A stretch of DNA of 64,000 bases from Octopus vulgaris (lineage: Eukaryota). Shown piece by piece: positions 1 to 14,435 of this stretch (its first letter is position 1; each line of letters opens with the position of its first letter). The position numbers and the translations under genes were made by a program. The notes beneath the pieces were generated by a model. It saw only the letters and a list, made by a program, of their open reading frames with translations. It ran no database searches and was not told the DNA's origin. The stretch is from the NCBI GenBank assembly GCA_951406725.2, contig OX597837.1, positions 11,222,001 to 11,286,000 of the forward strand, written 5' to 3'.

Positions 1-466
1 TCATTGTAAGGTTACAAAAGAAAGGATAGCAACGCACGCATGCATACACACACATACATGCACTTACAAACATACACACAAACACACACAGATACACACA
101 TATACACATGGCACTTATAATACGAGGCACTGTTAAAGTGGGAATCCTTTAGGAAACAAGCACATATATACATGCATACATCTACAACACACACACACAC
201 ACACACACACACGTATATGCATCCCTCTATTCATATAACATGTATATAAATACACACACACACACATTCACATTTCATGAATAGATGCATTAGAGTAGGC
301 GTGGCTGTGTGGTAAAGAGCTTGCTTCCCAAAGTCCATGTTTCCAGGTTCAGCTCCACTGCGTGGTGCCACGTGCCAGTGTTTTCTACTAGAGCCTCGGG
401 CTGACCAAAGCCTTGTGAGTGGGTTTAGTTCGACGGAGGCTGATAGAAGCCCGTCCTGTATGTATG

Positions 467-497
<31 letters not shown>

Positions 498-1422
498 TTA
501 TACATGTATACATGTATATATATATGTATACATATATACATGTATACATGTATATATATATAGATATATATATATACATGTGTATATATATATACATACA
601 TATATATATGTGTGTATATATATATATATATACATGTATATATATATACACATGTATATATATATATACATATATATACATGTATATATATATATTTATA
701 TATACATGTATATACATGTTCGTTTAGATGTTTTTGTTATTATGTTTTCGTTTCTCATTGTGTTCAACGTGTTTTTTGATGTCCCGTACCCATATATGCA
801 TGTATATATACATATAGATGTAGGTATGTACATATATGTATGTATATATGCATATATTTATATATTATTTATATTATATGTTCGAACGCCACGCATCCTT
901 TTCTAAGTAAGTATATTTATATATATATATATATATATCTGGATATGTCGGTATATGCATATGTATACTAGGAAATACATATAAACGTGTGTGTACGTGT
1001 GTGTGTGCCAGCATGCTTATATGTGTGCGCGTGCTTGTATGTTTCTCTTTGCGTATGTGTGAGTGTGTCTGTGTGTATATGCGCGCGTGTGTGTGTTTGT
1101 GCACATACACCATATAAATTGGATTTTTTCCTCCTCAACGTTGGCCTTCTTAATTCTTCACCATACGAAGCTACAAATTTTGTTTTCTCAATATTTCATT
1201 CTTAATATTTCACTTCATCGCATATTCCTTCCTCTTCGCAATTTCTCCGTAATTGGGTCTCTTTAGGCTTAGATACTTCTAGAATGAAAAACACAGTTCC
1301 CCCTCTTCTAATTAATTCTTATCTAACCGTAGCCCTAACTGTATTAATTAAAATTTTCAAACTGAAGAAAGAATACTCAAAAATACTATAATACCATTTC
1401 CTTCTACGAATGCTTATCGGAT

Positions 1423-2022
1423 GGCGGTTAACTGGCAGAATCGTTAGCACGCCGGGCGAAATGCTTAGCGGTATTTCGTCTGCCGTAACGTTCTGAGTTC
1501 AAATTCCGCCGAGGTCGACTTTGACTTTCATCCTTTCGGGGTCGATAAATTAAGTACCAGTTACGCACTGGGATCGATCTAATCGACTTAATCCGTTTGT
1601 CTGCCCTTGTTTGTCTCCCCTGTGTTTAGCCCCTTGTGGGTAATAAAGAAATAGGTATTTCGTCTGCCGTTACGTTGTGAGTTCAAATTCCGCCGAGGTC
1701 GAGTTTGCTTTTCGTCCTTTCGGGGTCGATTAAATAAATATCAGTTACGCACTGGGGTCGATGTAATCGACTTAATCCGTTTGTCTGTCCTTGTTTGTCC
1801 CCTCTATGTTTAGCCCCTTGTGGGTAATAAAGAAATAGGTATTTCGTCTACCGTTACGTTGTGAGTTCAAATTCCGCCGAGGTCGAGCTTGCTTTTCATC
1901 CTTTCGGGATCGATTAAATAAATACCAGTTACGCACTGGGGTCGATGTAATCGACTTAATCCATTTGTCTGTCCTTGTTTGTCTTCTCTGTGTTTAGCCC
2001 CTTGTGGGTAGTAAAGAAATAG
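1423..2022 (+). mobile_element. SINE family B (tRNA-like head, Meta/Sauria-like central domain), tandem array of three 184-bp units
   Basis: B-box GTTCAAATTCC; central GCCTTTCATCCTTTCGGGGTCGATAAATTAAGTACCAG; units start at 1470, 1654 and 1838 (GGTATTTCGTCT), and a degenerate fourth start is at 2028. The domain name is from recall. Confidence 0.85.
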
Positions 2023-2190
2023 AAATAGGTATTTCGCCTGTCTTTATGTACTGAGCTAAAATTCCGCCGCGTTCGATTTGACTTCGATGAAATTATTTGC
2101 AGTCAAGCACTGGGGTCTATGTGGTCGACATATCCCTCCATCCTCCACCTCATCCCCCAGATTTCATGCCTTGTGCCTATTGTACAAAAG

Positions 2191-2264
2191 ATTCTATAAT
2201 ATTTGGTTATTAGAGGGCAATGAATCTAGCAGAATCGTCCTCTAATAACCAAATATTATAGAAT
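2191..2264. repeat. Perfect 26-bp inverted repeat with 22-bp spacer
   Basis: ATTCTATAATATTTGGTTATTAGAGG (2191-2216) is the reverse complement of 2239-2264. Confidence 0.9.
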
Positions 2265-2379
2265 ATAAGCATTTTTCCGGCGTGCTAACGATTTGGCCAG
2301 TTCACCTCCCCCTGACAACGATGCAAAGCGCATTGTGACTAGCGATGTATTACAAGATTCGATAGCCATGTGAATCATG

Positions 2380-2447
<68 letters not shown>

Positions 2448-2480
2448 TGATCAAAATAAAAACATGATGCGAAGGATTCA

Positions 2481-2558
2481 GCGGTACATATGTTTCGGGC
2501 CTTTATTAGACAGATTTATAACAATGCATAATGTATGTCTGTGGCCTTCTTCAGCCGC
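2481..2558 (-). ncRNA. Type I hammerhead ribozyme, extended stem II
   Basis: Minus strand: GCGG-CUGAAGA-AGGCC...GGCCC-GAAA-CAUAUG-UA-CCGC. Stem I is GCGG/CCGC and stem III is palindromic. It lies in a ~200-bp island (2446-2642) between two (TA)n tracts. Confidence 0.88.
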
Positions 2559-2642
2559 GCACAACAGCTTCCACAAGGACATGTGTACACCACCAAACGG
2601 TATACACAGGTGCTTATAATTATCAAGTACTCACCCCGAATT

Positions 2643-2944
<302 letters not shown>

Positions 2945-3049
2945 ACACACATATATGTATGTATATATGCGAGTAAGTTTATATACATACGTGCTTACAT
3001 GCATGCCAGCAAGTATGTATGTGTATTTATAAATTTGAATATATATATA

Positions 3050-3118
3050 TATACACGCATATATATATAGATGCAATATATATATATATATATATATACA
3101 CGCATATATATATAGATG

Positions 3119-3152
<34 letters not shown>

Positions 3153-3940
3153 GCATATATATATAGATGCAATATATATATATATATACACGCATATATA
3201 TATAGATGCAATATATATATATATATATATATATATACACGCATATATATATAGATGCATATATATATATATATATATATATACACGCATATATATATAG
3301 ATGCAATATATATATATATATATACACGCATATATATATATAGATGCAATATATATATATATATATATATATATACACGCATATATATATAGATGCAATA
3401 TATATATATACTAGCAGTATCGCCCGGCGTTGCTCAGGTTTGTAAGGAAATAACTATAAAGCATTTTTAGAGAGTTATAGCCAAAAAATAGCAAAAAAAT
3501 GGAAAAAAAATGATGGTAAATTTTTTTTGAGGGATAAAAAGGTGGAGTTGCGTCCCCTAGACGGTCTGTGGTTTGGGTTTCAGATTCTCGACCCCATGTC
3601 GAATTTATCGATCTTTTTCAGAACTGGGGGAACTTTTCAAAATTTTCGCTGCGTTAGTTTTGAATTATGACATTGGGCTATGTGTGTGTCAAGTTTCATC
3701 AGAATCGGTTGAAAGCCGTGGTCAGAGTGAGGGTACGAGAAAACAGACACACAGAAAACGCACAGACAAACTGCCGTTTATATAGAGAGAGATATATACA
3801 CGCATATATATATAGATGCAATATATATATATATATATACACGCATATATATATAGATGCAATATATATATATATATACACGCATATATATATAGATGCA
3901 ATATATATATATATATATATATACACGCATATATATAAAT
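3050..3940. repeat. Minisatellite, unit ACACGCATATATATAGATGCA(TA)n, interrupted by a Helitron
   Basis: Repeated units at 3050-3410 that resume at ~3795-3940. Confidence 0.85.
3411..3792 (-). mobile_element. Non-autonomous Helitron
   Basis: Minus strand starts TC after A and ends with an imperfect CCCG/CGGG-type hairpin plus CTAG before T. No TSD. The 3' ~120 bp matches 4860-4985. Confidence 0.8.
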
Positions 3941-3945
3941 AGATG

Positions 3946-3978
<33 letters not shown>

Positions 3979-4072
3979 AATGATGTCTTCGTGTATGTAT
4001 GCATGTGTATAAATAAATCAGAGACAGAAAATGGAAAAAAATGAGATTCTTTATTCAAATGCACTTCGTAAT

Positions 4073-4118
<46 letters not shown>

Positions 4119-4586
4119 TACATACAAAATATATACATAAATATATAAATATATACATATATACATACATATATACATATATGTACACACACACATGAAA
4201 TATATATGCGCATGTGTGTGTATGTAAGCATGTATCCCCTCAACCCCAAACTAAAATATCGATATTGCATGGCACCAGAAAGGGAATAGATATCATCAGA
4301 AAGTGCTGGCACCATTTTGATGTTTTAGACGAATATATATGAATTAGGATATCAAACATCTCAATAAATCATTCATATACACACGCGCACACACACACAC
4401 ACACACACTAGCGAGCACACACACATACACGCACACACAAAGGCTTACATCACGTCAAAACGGTAGAGGAGTAGGGGCCGAAACCGGACGTGGTTCCTCT
4501 CGATGATGTCTTGAGCTAACTGGATCCTATAAAGGAGCTGTTGTGGTAGCAGACCACGAAACACGGTTGAAATTCCTCAAAGCTAA

Positions 4587-4985
4587 TCTTTATATATAAA
4601 ACTAAGGTTGTGTGCTGTCTGTCTCCTACGATTTAGATTCCTAACTACTCCCACATTTTGCGGTGCAGTTTATCCAAAACCGGGTATCTTATAGTCGTGA
4701 TTCATATCGAGCCCTTCTGGGTATTAGCCGCCGTCTACGATGAGTCTACGATTTAAAAAAAAAATTACCATAATTTCTTTCCATTTTAATGCATTTTTTC
4801 GCTATTATATAAGGGAAGTAACTCTCTGAAAATGTCTACGACGAGTCAACGATTTAAAAAGAAATTTACCATCATTTTCTTTCCATTTTAATGCACTTTT
4901 TGCTATTTTTTGGCTATAACTCTCTAAAAATGCTTATATAGTTATTTCCTTTACAAACCCGAGCAACGCCGGGCGATACTGCTAG
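4587..4985 (+). mobile_element. Non-autonomous Helitron
   Basis: A|TCTTTATATATAAAA ... CCCGAGCAACGCCGGG-CGATACTG-CTAG|T: 5' TC, subterminal hairpin, 3' CTAG and an A|T target. Confidence 0.85.
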
Positions 4986-5580
4986 TATTTCCTAAATCTA
5001 AATATTTTATTTGAAATTTTATCCTTAGCTGCAATATTTGAAGTAAAACATTTTTCTTGCTCTGTATTTTACCAGGTTTATAATTTTAAGAATATATTTC
5101 TCCCGCTCGCATTTTTCCATGCAATTACTTACATTTCAATTGGTTACGTATCAATTGATGGTTTCAGGTGGTTACGCAATACAATGACGGAAATGAGGTT
5201 GTCTGTGCAGTTCAGAAGTAGAGAGGGTACAAAACGATGGAAGAATTATTGAGAGAAGAGACTAAGACAAATTAATACCTTTCTCTCTTTCTCTCCTTTT
5301 ATTCCTCTCTCTTCCTCTCCGTCACATTTCCTAACAATCCACGTAACAAACTGTTACGTAAACATTTAAAGCTTACGTATTAAATCCATTCTCAACTAGT
5401 TTGAGAATGTATTCGAAATAATACAGAATTCAGGATTAATGGCAACACAGCTTGTCGCTATGTGAATAATAACTTTATAACGCAATATGGATATACAGGT
5501 GGAATATCACACTAGAAAATATGTGATAAAATCTACTGCACCAGCACAAACTACATATATACATACATAAATACATGCAT

Positions 5581-5614
<34 letters not shown>

Positions 5615-5864
5615 GCATATATACATATATATATATATGCATATATACATATATGCATATATATATATATATATGCTTATATACATATATATATATATAT
5701 ATATACATATATGCATATATACATATATATATATATATATATACATATATGCATATATACATATATATATATTTTTTTATTTGGTTTGCAAGATTCTTTA
5801 TGTGAATTTGTGTGTAGAAGCACTAAAAACAATTTCTCTCCCCAGGCACAATAATATATATATA

Positions 5865-5928
<64 letters not shown>

Positions 5929-5946
5929 CTTTTACTTCCTTGAAGA

Positions 5947-6082
<136 letters not shown>

Positions 6083-6097
6083 TTTTACTTTTTACAT

Positions 6098-6362
6098 GTG
6101 AAGGTGCATGGCTCAGTGGTTAGAGCGTCGAGCTTACGCCTGTGATGTTGTGGTGAGTTCAAATCCCAAAAAGGGCTGCGTGCTGTGTGCTTGGGCAAGG
6201 CACTTTATTTCACGTTGCTACTGTTCGCTCAGCTGTACAAAGGTGTTGAGACGTCACAGGTGGCAAGCAGTATCGGCCCTTTTTGCCTTTCCTGGTGGCA
6301 TGGAGAGGGAGGTCGGTATGCATGGGCAACTGCTGGTCTTCCATAAACAACCTTACCCGGAC
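6098..6362 (+). mobile_element. SINE family C (CORE-type), 3'-truncated
   Basis: A-box TGGCTCAGTGG, B-box GTTCAAATCCC, CORE-like TTGGGCAAGGCACTTTATTTCAC; homologous to 9214-9557. Confidence 0.8.
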
Positions 6363-6412
6363 TTATATATATATTTACAAAAAAAAGAAGATAAATTTTA
6401 ATTTTCTTAGAA

Positions 6413-6460
6413 ATTTTACATATTTCGGTTCTTCTTGAAAAAACGAACCTTATCAAAAAT
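6413..6460 (-). ncRNA. Type I hammerhead ribozyme, U3-A8 core variant
   Basis: AUUU-UUGAUAA-GGUUC...GAACC-GAAA-UAUG-UA-AAAU. Confidence 0.7.
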
Positions 6461-6589
6461 ATTTTATAAAGTTAAGTGTAATAAAAAGTTCATAATTGTA
6501 AAATATTTCATAAAATTAAGCGTAGTAAAAAAGTTCATAATTGTAAGAAACAATTATGAACTTTTTTATTACACTTAACTTTATAAAAT

Positions 6590-6637
6590 ATTTTTGATAA
6601 GGTTCGTTTTTTCAAGAAGAACCGAAACATGTAAAAT
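6590..6637 (+). ncRNA. Type I hammerhead ribozyme, U3-A8 core variant
   Basis: AUUU-UUGAUAA-GGUUC-(13 nt)-GAACC-GAAA-CAUG-UA-AAAU, with palindromic loop 3 CAUG. Confidence 0.75.
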
Positions 6638-6683
6638 TTCTAAGAAAATTAAAATTTATCTTATATAGTGGCGTTTTCAAACT

Positions 6684-6823
6684 TAGCTTGTTTACCAACC
6701 ACATGGTTCCGGGTTCAGTCCCACTGCGTGGCACCTTGGGCAAGTGTTTTCTACTATAGCCTCAGGCCGACCAAAGCCTTGTGAGTGGATTTGGTAGACG
6801 GAAACTGAAAGAAGCCCGTCGTA

Positions 6824-6863
<40 letters not shown>

Positions 6864-6940
6864 TGTGTGCATGTATGTTTGTGTGTCTGTGTTTGTCCCC
6901 CTAGCATTGCTTGACAACCGATGCTGGTGTGTTTATGTCC
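6684..6940 (+). mobile_element. SINE family A, truncated
   Basis: Matches the 5' two-thirds of the full copies (e.g. 61286-61740). Confidence 0.8.
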
Positions 6941-6962
6941 CCCCCCCCACTACACACACATA

Positions 6963-7440
6963 AATACCGCTAAGCATTTCACCCGGCTTGCTAACGTTTC
7001 TTATTTCTTTATTGCCCACAAGGGGCTAAACATAGAGGGGACAAACAAGGACAGACAAAGGGATTAAGTCGATTACATCGACCCCAGTGCGTAACTGGTA
7101 CTTAATTTATCGACCTCGAAATGATGAAAGGCAAAGTCGACCTCGGCGGAATTTGAACTCAGAATGCAGCAGCGGACGACGTACCACAAAGTATTTCGCC
7201 CGGTGTGCTAACGTTTCTGCCAGCTCGTCGCCTTTTCGCTAGCTCGCCGCGTTGAACAGCGGAAATATTCTTTTCTACTCTAGGCACAAAGCCCGAAATT
7301 TGTTTTTCTTCGGGGGCGGGTGGGGTGGGGTGGGGGGCAAGTCGATTAGATCGACCCTAGTACGCAATTGGTACTTAATTTATCGAACTCGAGAGGATGA
7401 AAAGTAAAGTCGATCTCGGCGGAATTTGAACTAAGAACGA
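6963..7440 (-). mobile_element. SINE family B cluster
   Basis: One full copy at ~7000-7233, a variant-tail copy at ~7268-7440 and a short head fragment. Confidence 0.75.
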
Positions 7441-7455
7441 ATAGATGGCTGGCTA

Positions 7456-7530
<75 letters not shown>

Positions 7531-7990
7531 GGATATTTGTTGTATTAGCTCTTACTGTCGTCGTACGGTGTTACGCGAAAGCGAAATCTGATGCCCGGAC
7601 TAGGATTCCGGGTTGATGGTTTTTCGCAACACACCGTCTCCGTTAGTTAGCATGGAACAACTACACAAATGTCTTCCGTATTCTTTTCAATCAACGCGAA
7701 GAAAGAGCGAGGCAGAAGAACGGTGATGCTTAAAGATGTGCCCGTTTTTATCAAGGTAGCTAGAACAGTCTTTGATGCGATTATGCATCCTAATACGATT
7801 AACATTCGGTAAGTCTTTCACAAGTTTGACATGTTAATGGAAACATAACCCAGAGACTAACAACCCATCAACACCCGCTTTGCGTTATTATACGTATAGA
7901 TCTCCCTACGTATACACATATATACATGCATTGGCATGTATACAAATATGCTATATATATATATAAAAGAATAAAGGAATATATATATGA

Positions 7991-8058
<68 letters not shown>

Positions 8059-8084
8059 AAATAAAATAATATATATATGTAGTC

Positions 8085-8120
<36 letters not shown>

Positions 8121-8128
8121 CTAAAAGA

Positions 8129-8198
<70 letters not shown>

Positions 8199-8242
8199 GT
8201 ATATATATGTGTATATATGTATGTATGTATACAGAAATATGA

Positions 8243-8275
<33 letters not shown>

Positions 8276-8303
8276 AATACATATATATATATATACATAT
8301 GAG

Positions 8304-8348
<45 letters not shown>

Positions 8349-9213
8349 ATACTTATCTATAGATGGAATAACATTAAATTTGTGTATAGTTTTTTAAAAA
8401 TATGTAGTGCGTTCGCACGTACACATACGCAGTTAAATATGTACGCGTGTATATATAACTGTGTGCGTGTATACACATACATGCACCCTTAGTAATCTAA
8501 TAGTTAAGCTGTTAGGCCCACGTTCGTATGTTCGTGGGTTCGATTCCTGAACCGAGTAATTTCTAGTGACCTTGATTAAGGCACCCCACTTGACGTTGCC
8601 CCTGTTTATTTTGTTGCAAAGGGTACCAGCCGACTAATAGTGTAACCCTTCCCCACTCCTGTTTTGATATCCCGAATGTTGCGCTCGGTCCTGCTTGGGA
8701 GGGCGGAGACGGCGACTATATTTGCTCTTGACTTCACTGGTACTTAGAAATGATAACTGCCACAAGCTTCTGTACTTCTTTCAATCTGGTGGTTTGTGTT
8801 CCTCACTGATCCAGAAGCTTCTACCAGTGGAGAGCAAGTTTCTTGTAGGGTCTCCCATATTGGAAAAGTTTAAAGAATAGAGGCCAGACTAACAGGGATC
8901 AGTTTTTCCCTAGAAGAAATAAAAAAAAGAAAACATCCTAATCTAGAAAAAAGGCAAACTTACTGAAGCATTGATGGCAATACAAAACCAAAACCTGTGA
9001 AAGGAAGACCTTCTCTCAGGGAAGGTGGGATATCGAGGCTAAGCTGACCGCCCCCCCCCCCCAAAAAAAAAAACAGGGATCCAATTTGAGAGAGAAAAAG
9101 AGATCCCAGAGTTAATTACAGAGGAGAAAAGTTATTGAGGCCCGGTGAACCATTGGGAGCGAAAGGCTTGAGTAAGAAAATAAATAATATGCTATACGAA
9201 AGAACTCAGATAT

Positions 9214-9557
9214 GTGAAGGCGCATGGCTCAGTGGTTAGAGCGTCGAGCTTACGATCATGAGGTTGTGAGCTCGAATCCCGGACCGGGCTGCGTGTTGTG
9301 TTGTTGAGCAAAGCACTTTATTTCACGTTGCTCTAGTTCACTCAGCTGTAGAAATGAGTTGCGACGTCACTGGTGCCAAGCTGTATCGACCTTTGTCTTT
9401 CCCTTGGATAACACTGGTGGCGTGAAGAGGGGAGGCTGGTATGCATGGGCGACTGCTGGCCTTCCATAAACAACCTTTCCCAGACTTGTGTCTAGGAGGG
9501 TAACTTTCTAGGTGCAATCCCATGGTCATTCATGACCGAAGGGGGTCTTTACCCTTT
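9214..9557 (+). mobile_element. Full-length SINE family C (tRNA head + CORE domain) with 21-bp TSD
   Basis: TATACGAAAGAACTCAGATAT at 9193-9213 and 9558-9578; A-box TGGCTCAGTGG; CORE-like TTGAGCAAAGCACTTTATTTCAC...CACTCAGCTGTAGAAATGAG. Confidence 0.92.
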
Positions 9558-11301
9558 TATACGAAAGAACTCAGATATACTTCTTGGTTATACTTGTTGC
9601 GAGTGACGGCTATGCACACGAGTGTTGTTGGGTGTATAGTATTATTGGTTTCCCACAATTATAAAAGCACTGAATGTTTCATGAAGTAGAATATATACAA
9701 AGAAAATAAATAGTACGAGTAGAAAGACTAATTGTAATTCAACGCGTAATAAGCGTTGACAAAAATATCTTTCTATTTTTACTACAATACATTTCAGCGC
9801 TTCAAAAATAAGCTGATGTTTGTTCACACATGACGTAAAATAAATCGTATTTGTGCATTACAAGGTCACTACTCGGAGTTTCATGCTTAACAGAGGTCTA
9901 CAATCAGTTCGAATTAGAAATATATATATATATATCTGCAGTGACGGCTCGTAGATAAAATTAGTGGAGGTGCTGTTTCAGAAAAATGTTAGCCCTTGTT
10001 TTAATATTGTGTAAAAGGAGACAAACATAAAAAGAAAATTTATACATAAACTTGATTGGTTCGCGTTTTAGCTACTGCCAGGTAGTGTGTTTAATTTGTT
10101 CACTGAACACCGCCGCAAATTCCCCCTTGTTTTTCAAAAATCCCTCCTAAATCACAAAATAGTGGCGGGGGGGATACATCCTGTTTTTTTTCAAATCCTG
10201 GCAGCAGGATAATAATCTAATTCTACACTTTATCACATTCAAGAATATAAACATGTTTTTAATCATAACATACGCAAAATCAAAAAGAAACACTACCTTT
10301 CACTCGGCATTGTCGTTCACGCAGAGCTCTCTCTCCCTAGTGTGAAGCTTCCTATCTCGGACATCTGAGCATGCGCACAACAGCCAAACACCGCGTCGCT
10401 GGAAATGTGAAGCGCACAGTTCTATACAAAGAATTTTGTATTTTTTTATTAAAAGGTATTTCGTCTGTCTCTACGTTCTGAGTTCAAATTCTGCCGAGGT
10501 CGACTTTGCTTTTCATCCTTTCGCGGTTGATAAATTAAGTACCAGTTGCGTACTGGAGTCGATATAATCGACTGGACCCCCTCCTCCAAAATTTCGGGCC
10601 TTGTGCCTAGAATAGAAAAGATTCTCTTATCAGTAACTTCCAGCTAGTTCCAATAAAAATAATGCATCTCATGATTCACTGGCCAAATGTGTGTATCCGC
10701 ATACATTCAACATGTAGTTTGCACTTAAATTCATTATGTCATTCTTTCTTGGGGCGATCAGATAAAGGAATCTGAGCGCTTTAAAGCTAACTTAAGATCG
10801 CAATGGCAAGAGCCAGCTGCCCATATGACAAAGAGTTATAGGTGTTATATTATCGAAAGAGCAGACGACTTTATAACGACGTAAATACAGACATTTATCT
10901 GATTTATATTGTTTTACTGAAGTTTAAATTTGAAATTCTGATATGAAGTTTGCACGTAAAATGCTTAGAATTGTTTGTACTTCGTTATGCGGAGGCGTTG
11001 CTGCGTGGTAAAGAGTTTGTTTTCCCAACCACATAGTTCTTGGTTCAGTCCCACCGCGTGGCACACTGGGCTATTACTTTCTACTATAGCCCCGGACCCG
11101 ACCAAAACCTTGTGAGTGGAATTGGTAGACAGAAACTGAAAGAAGCCCGTCGTATATATATATATATAAACATACATACATACATACATACATACATACA
11201 TACATACATACATAATACATACATACATATATATATATTCTTTTACCGGTTTCAATCACTTGATTGCGGCCATGCTGGAGCACCGCCTATCTACATATTC
11301 A

Positions 11302-11376
<75 letters not shown>

Positions 11377-11537
11377 ACTAATGTAGGATAAAATGTTTTT
11401 CGGGAAAAATTTTTATCAATGGCCAGCATATCAAAAGATACCTTTAAAGGTCAAATTTACAAATAATTTACAAAATAAGGGCAAAAGAAAAATTCTATTG
11501 CCAAATATGCCGAAAAAAAGACTAAATTGTCAATAAC

Positions 11538-11650
11538 CATTATAATTTATACATCTCGAAACAAACCGATAGAAATTTGGGACCAATACGGTAATAACGG
11601 ATTTTTTAGAAATTTCTATCGGTTTGTTTCGAGATGCATAAATTATAATG
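11538..11650. repeat. 41-bp inverted repeat in a (TA)n-flanked island
   Basis: 11538-11578 vs 11610-11650, one A/G difference. Confidence 0.88.
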
Positions 11651-12077
11651 TATATATATATATATATATATATATACGTGTATGCATGTGAGTGTGTGTA
11701 TGTATACATATATGTGTATGTGTAGATATGTATATGTATGTGTAAGTGTATATATATGTATATATATATGTGTGTGTATGTATGTGTGTATGTATATGTA
11801 TATATGTTTGTATGCGTGTGTATATATGTATACATATGTGCATAGGTATAAGTGAGAATCTCCTTATTTACCTAAAACTCTATTCCCCCTTTTTTTATAT
11901 ATATATATTTTTTTATTTTTTTTATTTTTATTTATTCTTCTATCTAATTTAACACTGACTCCTTGACCACTCCCCCAAGTATGATATTTTGCGCTATGCC
12001 TACCCCCAAAAAGTCCCCCACCAATACCCCTTTAAACCTGCCTAAATGTATAAATGCCAATACAATTCTTGTTAACT

Positions 12078-12128
12078 AGCTTCCTGAAGATTTCTCTTGA
12101 ATGAAACAGTTCTAGTCCTGTAGAAGCT
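12078..12128 (+). ncRNA. Type I hammerhead ribozyme
   Basis: AGCUUC-CUGAAGA-U.UUC-UCUU-GAA.U-GAAA-CAG-UUCUAGUC-CUG-UA-GAAGCU. Stem I is 6 bp; predicted cut after 12122; (TA)n begins ~85 nt downstream. Confidence 0.9.
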
Positions 12129-12211
12129 CCTTCTATATAATAAATTAATTTTACTCTGCTATGTATTGAGTACCTTATTTACTGTGGTTAACCCCGAATC
12201 AACCCGGGACC

Positions 12212-12383
<172 letters not shown>

Positions 12384-12774
12384 CGAAAGTAACCAATAGA
12401 AGAAGTACCAGGTTTTAAACAGTACCGGGTCCAATTCGTTTGACTGACATTCTTCAAGGCGTTGCCCCAGCATGGCCGAGGTCTCATGAGTGAAACAAGT
12501 AAATGATAAAAGAAACAAACTAGCAGAAAGGTCTCCCCTCGGGAGGTTTTCTTATTTTCACTGATTAATATTTACATATTTGGTTCCCAATTTGTGTACT
12601 ATTCCTCATATGTTAGGTCAAATCTTACCTTCTGACCTTTATTCGTCTGACGATACTCATTTGATCACCAAATAAATTCACTCTAATACAAAGAACTCGA
12701 ATACAGAGTTTGAATTAATGAAGAAATGAGATTATCATTCTTAACTAACCAGGCCAGGTACAAGTTGTTTGTTT

Positions 12775-13217
<443 letters not shown>

Positions 13218-13707
13218 TAATGGACTCTTAACTCAACACGAAAGCTATGAATAACATTGTTATTTATAGCTATATCTATTTCGTGTTCCTTTGTTAAAAA
13301 TGAATTATGCCACACTCTCTCGAAGTTTCTAAATTCTTTTGACGTTAACAATGTATGTGCGTGTGTATACATACGTACATGAATATAGTATACACACATG
13401 TATGTATGCATGTATAATATACTTTTATATGCATTCCTGTGTGTATGTATAAAACTTTGAAATATAGGCAAAAATCTTGAAATTTTTAGGGAAGGGCCCA
13501 GTCGATCCCGTTGACCCCAGTACTTATGTCATCGACCTCAAAAGTATGAAAGTTAAGTAAACCCCGGCGGAATTTGAACATTAGAACGGACGAAATGCTT
13601 GTAAACTTTGTTCAGCGTGCTGTGGATTCTACCAGCTCGCAGAAAATGTATAATGTCATATTTATATACGATGTGTAAAGATATACAAGTTGGGTGTACG
13701 TATGTAT

Positions 13708-14134
13708 ACTCTTTACTCTTTTACTCTTTTACTTGCTTCAGTCATTTGACTGCGGCCATGCTGGAGCACCGCCTTTAATCGAGCAACTCGACCCCGAGAC
13801 TTATTATTCTTTGTAAGCCCAGTACTTATTCTATCGGTCTCTTTTTGCCGAACCGCTAAGTTACGTTGACGTAAACACACCAGCATCGGTTGTCAAACAA
13901 TGCTAAGGGGACAAACACAGACACACAAACACACACGCATACACATACATATATATACATACATATATATACGACGGGCTTCTTTCAGTTTCCGTCTACC
14001 AAATCCACTCACAAGGCTTAGGTCGGCCCGAGGCTATAGCAGAAGACACTTACCCAAGATGCCACGCAGTGGGACTGAACCCGGAACCATGTGGTTGGTA
14101 AACAAGTTACTTACCACACAGCCACTCCAGCGCC
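13708..14134 (-). mobile_element. Full-length SINE family A
   Basis: tRNA-like head (TGGCTGTGTGG, GGTTCAGTCCC), internal TA/TG microsatellite, tail ...GACTGAAGCAAGTAAAAGAGTAAAAGAG. Confidence 0.9.
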
Positions 14135-14435
14135 TATAGTTGAAATTTATAGAAAAACAAAAGATGAAGACAGGAGTATGAACAACAAGCAGGTGTATTA
14201 GTTTGACACTCAGGAAAATGTAAAAGTCTTTTACATGTCGAGCCTACGCTCTTCAACAGAAAGAAATAAGAGAAAACAAATAGAGAATGAAAAAAAAAAC
14301 TTGTAGATTTCAGCGGTTCAGCAAGGCGAATATATATATATATATCATATTCACATCTTATAATGTATACACGCACCAAAACATTTGGAATTTTATATTA
14401 CGTTAATATTACTATTATTATATTTTCTTTACCAC

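Larger units (their letters stand above)
6388..6662. repeat. Long inverted repeat (arms 6388-6499 and 6550-6662), one HHR per arm
   Basis: Arms differ by one substitution and one indel. The spacer duplicates the inner arm end. Confidence 0.92.

Noticed and set aside
1423-2022. CRISPR-like regular repeats
   Set aside because: Units are whole SINE bodies with no unique spacers; eukaryotic context and no cas genes.
4490-4578. CUCGAUGA...GAAACACGGUU HHR-like stretch
   Set aside because: Core and stems are too degenerate to fold.
9214-9290. tRNA genes at SINE heads
   Set aside because: No proper acceptor stem, and the sequence continues into SINE bodies with TSDs.
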